The notes under the pieces were generated by a model, which was not told where the DNA came from, did no database searches, and saw only the letters and a program-made list of their open reading frames with translations. From contig JAUIKS010000008.1 of NCBI GenBank assembly GCA_030430565.1, forward strand, positions 303,225-346,043: a stretch of DNA of 42,819 nt, in the 5' to 3' direction. The position numbers and the translations under genes were made by a program. This document shows positions 39,043 through 42,819 of the stretch, piece by piece (within the stretch, counting starts at the first letter, position 1; each line of letters begins with the position of its first letter). The stretch comes from Polyangia bacterium (GTDB taxonomy: Bacteria > Myxococcota_A > Polyangia > Nannocystales > Nannocystaceae).

Positions 39043-39489
39043 ATGCGCGGAGTCCGACAGGTCCACATCACCTTCCTCGCGGGCGTCCTGTTCGCGATCG
39101 GCCTCGGCGTCTCTGGCATGACGCGGCCGGACAAGGTGCTCAACTTCCTCGACTTCACCGGCGCGTGGGATCCCAGCCTCGCCGGCGTGATGATCGGCGC
39201 GATCCTGGTCTACGGGGTCGCCTTCCGCCGGATCACCGCGCGGATGCAGCGTCCGCTGCTGCTCGATCGATTCAGCCTGCCGACGCGCACGGACATCGAC
39301 GCGCGCCTGGTTCTCGGCTCGATCCTGTTCGGCGTCGGCTGGGGCCTGCTCGGGCTGTGCCCCGGCCCCGCGCTGACCTCGCTCGTCACCGGAGACCACG
39401 CGCTGCTGCTGTTCATCGCCAGCATGCTCGTCGGCATGTTCGGCTTCAACGTCATCCTGGCGCGCGCCCAGCAGCGACGCGGGAGCTGA
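39043..39489 (+). CDS. YeeE/YedE-family sulfur-compound transporter component (C-terminal half-type)
   Basis: ATG at 39043 preceded by GGAGG (39030-39034); the ORF track starts at an ATG at 39022, which overlaps the upstream gene. Multi-TM protein with the LLGLCPGP signature. Immediately follows the first half, as in split two-gene yeeE/yedE arrangements. Confidence 0.65.
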   Translation: MRGVRQVHITFLAGVLFAIGLGVSGMTRPDKVLNFLDFTGAWDPSLAGVMIGAILVYGVAFRRITARMQRPLLLDRFSLPTRTDIDARLVLGSILFGVGWGLLGLCPGPALTSLVTGDHALLLFIASMLVGMFGFNVILARAQQRRGS

Positions 39490-39513
39490 TCCGAGCCGGG
39501 CCCGTCGGCGACG

Positions 39514-39583
39514 CTGCGCCTGAACCTGCGCCTGAACCTGCGCGCCCGAGCCTGCGCCCGAACCTGCGCGCCCGAACCTGTGG
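39514..39583 (+). repeat. Five degenerate tandem 12-14-nt repeats (CTGCGC[GC]C[T/C]GA[A/G]C) in the intergenic region
   Basis: ctgcgcctgaac ctgcgcctgaac ctgcgcgcccgagc ctgcgcccgaac ctgcgcgcccgaac ctgtgg. Lies between the yeeE/yedE pair and the next gene. Confidence 0.8.
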
Positions 39584-39597
39584 TAGGTCCACAGGAG
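39577..39597 (+). promoter_or_regulatory. 7-bp hairpin (CCTGTGG-TAGGT-CCACAGG) whose 3' arm overlaps the AGGAG Shine-Dalgarno of the downstream gene
   Basis: cctgtggtaggtccacAGGAGtcgATG. Stem at 39577-39583 and 39589-39595; SD at 39593-39597; ATG at 39601. Confidence 0.35.
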
Positions 39598-39600
39598 TCG

Positions 39601-40950
39601 ATGCGCGTCGCGGGGATCACACCGACGGTCAGCTCGCGCGCGCGACGCTGGCTCCCAATCACCGCGGCCTCGCTCGCGCTGCTCTCCGCCGGCGCGCCGG
39701 CTCGCGCGGCGCCCAGCGAGCCGGCGAACGCCCCCAACGCGCGGGCCCAACATGTCCCCTCGGCCACGCCGCCGCGGCGAGGAGATCCGGCGCCGCGCCG
39801 CGGCTTCACGGCCTGTAACCCCGGGAGCGAGCCGTGCACGCGCTCGCGACCGGCGCGCCTGCTGCTCGCGCTCACCGGCCTCGCGCTCGGTGGCGCCGGC
39901 GCGGCGCTGTTCCTCACCCTCGGCGACAGCGTGGGCGCCGGTGACCCCGCCGGCCTGATGATCGGCGCGGGCATGACCGCGATCGGCGGCGCGACGCTCG
40001 GCTCGATCTTCGCGCTCGTCGATCACGATCGCCCGACGGACGCGGATCGACTTCGACCCGCGACGCTCTCGCTGGGCTACGGCCTCGGACCGAGGCCCGC
40101 GCTCGGCGAGCGTACGCCCGGCGCGCTGCGGCTCCGCGTCGCGCCGACCTACTGGATCGCCCCCGGCGCGCGCGTTCGCTTGCTCGCGCACGTCGGCGGG
40201 CTCGCCGGGACCCAGGCGCACGTCGATCCCAGGCCGCAGCTCAGCGACGCAGACGGCGCGTTCCCGACCGCGCTGCGCGAGCGTCGGCTCGATATCGGGG
40301 TCGCGCTCGACTCCGCGATCGCGCTCCCCTACCCGACGCTCGCGCCCGAGCGCTCGGCGCGGCTCGGCGGCGCCGAGCTGCGCTGGAAGCCCGAGGCGCA
40401 GATCCGTCGTCACACGTACAACCCCCAGACCCCCGAGGAGGAGCTGCTCGAGCGCGTGATGCTCCTGCCGCTGACGATCGGCGCGCGCTGGAACGTGTCC
40501 TCGCGTCAGCGCTTCACGGTCTACGCGGGCCCGCGCTTCGACTTCACGTCGCACCGCGGCTCGGGGTCAGCGCAGCAGACCCTCCGGCGCGGGGCCCCAG
40601 CGGCCGGCCCGTTCTACGGCGAGGTCTGGTACGAGCTCGATGTCCCGTTCGCGACGCGATCCGGGCGGACCCGCGTCAACGGTCAGCTGGGGCTCGGCTA
40701 CGTGCACTCCCGCTTCGACGGCCGCGGGCTCAACCTCGACGCGGCGCTCGGCTTCCTCGGCCCGCTGCACCTGCGCTGGGCCATGCGCTTTCGGCCGCCG
40801 CGCGCTCGCGTCGCGGCCCAGGCCGGCGCGGGCGTGATCCTCGGCAACGGCGCGGCGGTGACGCTCAGCCTGGGCGTGGTGCTCCCAGATCTCGGCCACC
40901 AGCGCGCGCCCACGCGCGTCTCCGCGGCGGCGAGCGAGGCGACCCTATGA
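39601..40950 (+). CDS. Hypothetical secreted protein (signal peptide; possibly outer-membrane)
   Basis: Internal ATG at 39601 with AGGAG 4 nt upstream gives MRVAGITPTVSSRARRWLPITAASLALLSAGAPARAAPS. The remainder is Gly/Ala/Leu/Arg-rich with no recognisable catalytic motifs. The stop overlaps the next gene's start (ATGA). Confidence 0.55.
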   Translation: MRVAGITPTVSSRARRWLPITAASLALLSAGAPARAAPSEPANAPNARAQHVPSATPPRRGDPAPRRGFTACNPGSEPCTRSRPARLLLALTGLALGGAGAALFLTLGDSVGAGDPAGLMIGAGMTAIGGATLGSIFALVDHDRPTDADRLRPATLSLGYGLGPRPALGERTPGALRLRVAPTYWIAPGARVRLLAHVGGLAGTQAHVDPRPQLSDADGAFPTALRERRLDIGVALDSAIALPYPTLAPERSARLGGAELRWKPEAQIRRHTYNPQTPEEELLERVMLLPLTIGARWNVSSRQRFTVYAGPRFDFTSHRGSGSAQQTLRRGAPAAGPFYGEVWYELDVPFATRSGRTRVNGQLGLGYVHSRFDGRGLNLDAALGFLGPLHLRWAMRFRPPRARVAAQAGAGVILGNGAAVTLSLGVVLPDLGHQRAPTRVSAAASEATL

Positions 40951-42209
40951 ACATGTCTTTCTATACCTGTATCGCAGGAGCGCTCGCGGGGCTGCTCGCG
41001 CTCCCCGCCTGCGTCCAGCCGCTCTGCGCCCAGCCCGACTACCGCGAGGCCGAGTGCCGCGTGCTCGCCGAGAACGAGCGCGCGCGCCTGCGGGCCGCGC
41101 CCGGCGCCGAGCTGCGCTTCCACGACCCCCGCGCGCGCGACACCGCGAGCTGGGACGCGCTCGGCCTGCTCCGAGAGACATCCAGCCGCGTGAGCGCGCG
41201 CGTCGCCGCGCCCGGTGACTTCGCGCTCTCGATCACGCCGCGCGACTCGAGCGGCGCGGGCGAGCTCGAGCTCGAGCTGCTCAACGTCGACCCGCGCCTC
41301 AACGTCACCGTCACGCGCGTCGCCGACGACGCGCCGGTCGCCGGGGCCGAGCTCGCGCTCGCGGCCGACGGCGAGGGCCTCACGCGCCGCGCGACGATCC
41401 CAATGAGCGAGGGCGCGCTGTGGATCCGCGGTCAGCTCCCCTGCCCCGAGCGATTTCGAATCGCGGCGGTCGGCGACGTCCAAGACGGCGTCGCCCAGTT
41501 CGCGCGCATCCTCGACCGCCTCGCGCTCGAGCGCGAGCAGGCGGAGGAAGCCGGCGAGCCGCTGCTCGGGCTCTTGCTGCTCGGGGACCTCAGCGATCGC
41601 GCCGAGCCGCTCGAGCTCGACGAGCTCCGCGAGCGCCTCGATCACGCGCCCGTCCCCGTCGCGACGACCCCCGGCAACCATGATGTCTTCCGCGAGCTCG
41701 AGCCCGCTTACACGTCGCGCTTCGGCCCGGGCACCTACTCGTTCGAACTCTGCCGCGCGCGCGTCGCTATGCTCGACACGGCCAGCGGGGCGCTCGCGGA
41801 CTCCGTCGAGGGACGGCTCGATGAGCTGGTCGCACGCGACCGCGAGCGCCTGCCCTTCCTGCTCGTCGGGACCCACTACCCGGCCTACGCCGGCCTGACC
41901 GGGAACGGCTGGTCGCGCGAGGAGCAGGCGCAGCATCTCCTCGTGACGCTCGCGGGCGCGGACGTCGACCTCCTGCTGACCGGGCACATTCACGCGCTCC
42001 GCGAATTCGCCTCGATCCCGACGCCCCGCGGTCCGGTGCGCGAGCTCGTCGTAGGGACCGGAGGCGCGTCCCAGGGCAGCGGCCCCCTCAACTTCGGCTA
42101 CCTGCGCGCGACGTTTACGGGCGCGACCTTGCGCACCTGCTTCGTCGAGGTCCCGCCGCCCGGCGGGAGCGCGCCCCAGGGCGCCCAGCCGATCCCCACC
42201 TGTAATTAG
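40947..42209 (+). CDS. Calcineurin-like metallophosphoesterase lipoprotein
   Basis: 420 aa with an ATG start. MNMSFYTCIAGALAGLLALPACVQ (signal plus lipobox). Metallophosphoesterase motifs AAVGDVQDG (GDxHG-like), LLLLGDLSDR (GDxxDRG), TTPGNHD (GNH[DE]), LTGHIHA (GH.H). Confidence 0.7.
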   Translation: MNMSFYTCIAGALAGLLALPACVQPLCAQPDYREAECRVLAENERARLRAAPGAELRFHDPRARDTASWDALGLLRETSSRVSARVAAPGDFALSITPRDSSGAGELELELLNVDPRLNVTVTRVADDAPVAGAELALAADGEGLTRRATIPMSEGALWIRGQLPCPERFRIAAVGDVQDGVAQFARILDRLALEREQAEEAGEPLLGLLLLGDLSDRAEPLELDELRERLDHAPVPVATTPGNHDVFRELEPAYTSRFGPGTYSFELCRARVAMLDTASGALADSVEGRLDELVARDRERLPFLLVGTHYPAYAGLTGNGWSREEQAQHLLVTLAGADVDLLLTGHIHALREFASIPTPRGPVRELVVGTGGASQGSGPLNFGYLRATFTGATLRTCFVEVPPPGGSAPQGAQPIPTCN

Positions 42210-42639
42210 CCCGAGGACGAGCGCGCCTCTCGACGGGGCGACGCGACCTGGCGAAGACGCGCGGCGGAGGATTCGAAGATTCGTTGCACGTCCAAAGATC
42301 GGCGTGCGTGAGCGCGCGCTGACACGCTCATCACCGCACGCTCACCGCGCGGCCCCGCGAGTCAGCCCGCAAGCCGTGCGCGCCGCGAATTCACTTGTTG
42401 AGATATGTCCCCAAATTAACAGGCGTGCGTATTCGTGCCAAAAAGACGCATCGCGCCCACGCGATCTCGATCACGCGCGGAACAAATCAACACCCCTACG
42501 AACGCGAATGCCTGCCCCTCGCGGCGAAACTGTGCCATCATCGTCACCGCTCGCCACCGATAGAAAGGGACTGCGGGGGCCGGCACGACGCAGTTGTATG
42601 TCGCAACAGTTCGCCACCTCCCTACCCGCACGGAGATCG

Positions 42640-42819
42640 ATGACCAGGCACAAGTCAGTCTTTTTTGCCACGCTGCTCTCTCTCTCTCTCGCCGGCACGG
42701 CCCACGCGTCGAGCAACGAGCTCGCCGAAGGTCCCGCCGAAGCCGACGGCGGCGCCTCCGCGGAGGGCTCCCTCTCGTTTGGCGGAGGCGACGGCGCCTC
42801 GGCCGAGGGCGACGCCTCG
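42640..42819 (+). CDS. Secreted protein, 5' fragment (truncated by the window edge)
   Basis: ATG at 42640 with GGAG 4 nt upstream. MTRHKSVFFATLLSLSLAGTAHASSNELAEG is a signal peptide followed by a Gly/Ala/Asp/Ser-rich region. Open to the end of the window and preceded by a roughly 430-nt lower-GC intergenic region. Confidence 0.4.
   Translation, partial: MTRHKSVFFATLLSLSLAGTAHASSNELAEGPAEADGGASAEGSLSFGGGDGASAEGDAS

Noticed and set aside
42395-42643. 82-aa plus-strand ORF
   Set aside because: It lies in the lower-GC intergenic region, has atypical codon usage and composition (His/Arg/Cys-rich), and ends inside the start of the real signal-peptide gene at 42640.

Overview
This 42.8-kb window is a very GC-rich (roughly 70%, judged by eye, not computed), densely coding chromosomal segment. 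The gene content points to a myxobacterium (Myxococcota): a eukaryotic-like Ser/Thr kinase, an FHA-domain sigma-54 enhancer-binding protein, an ECF sigma factor, two sensor histidine kinases, several secreted lipoproteins with VWA domains or Cys-rich CxDG/EECDDGN-type repeats, and long acidic low-complexity linkers encoded by microsatellites. I call 34 protein-coding genes on both strands, one of them truncated at the 3' edge. Many long ORFs in the six-frame track run antisense to clearly homologous genes; these are typical high-GC frame artifacts and were not called. I recognised no rRNA, tRNA, CRISPR array, transposase or integrase. Four things stand out. (1) A tightly spaced co-directional cluster at 6029-11959: an IucA/IucC-type ATP-dependent ligase, a divergent PRPP-synthetase paralog, glutamine-dependent NAD synthetase and a cytoplasmic LRR protein. 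It has no other siderophore genes and may be an undescribed nucleotide- or NAD-linked pathway. (2) A radical-SAM/SPASM maturase-type enzyme preceded by a zinc-ribbon/single-TM/Thr-Ser-Asp-rich protein and a lipoprotein carrying a ~70-residue (Gly-Asp)n repeat (27817-31060). (3) A Ser/Thr kinase, FHA-EBP and ECF sigma regulatory module with a duplicated palindromic site in the divergent promoter. (4) An unusually long (~580 nt) AT-rich intergenic region with repeated motifs upstream of a di-haem cytochrome c peroxidase gene. All functional assignments rest on motif-level recognition from the translations; no database search was possible.
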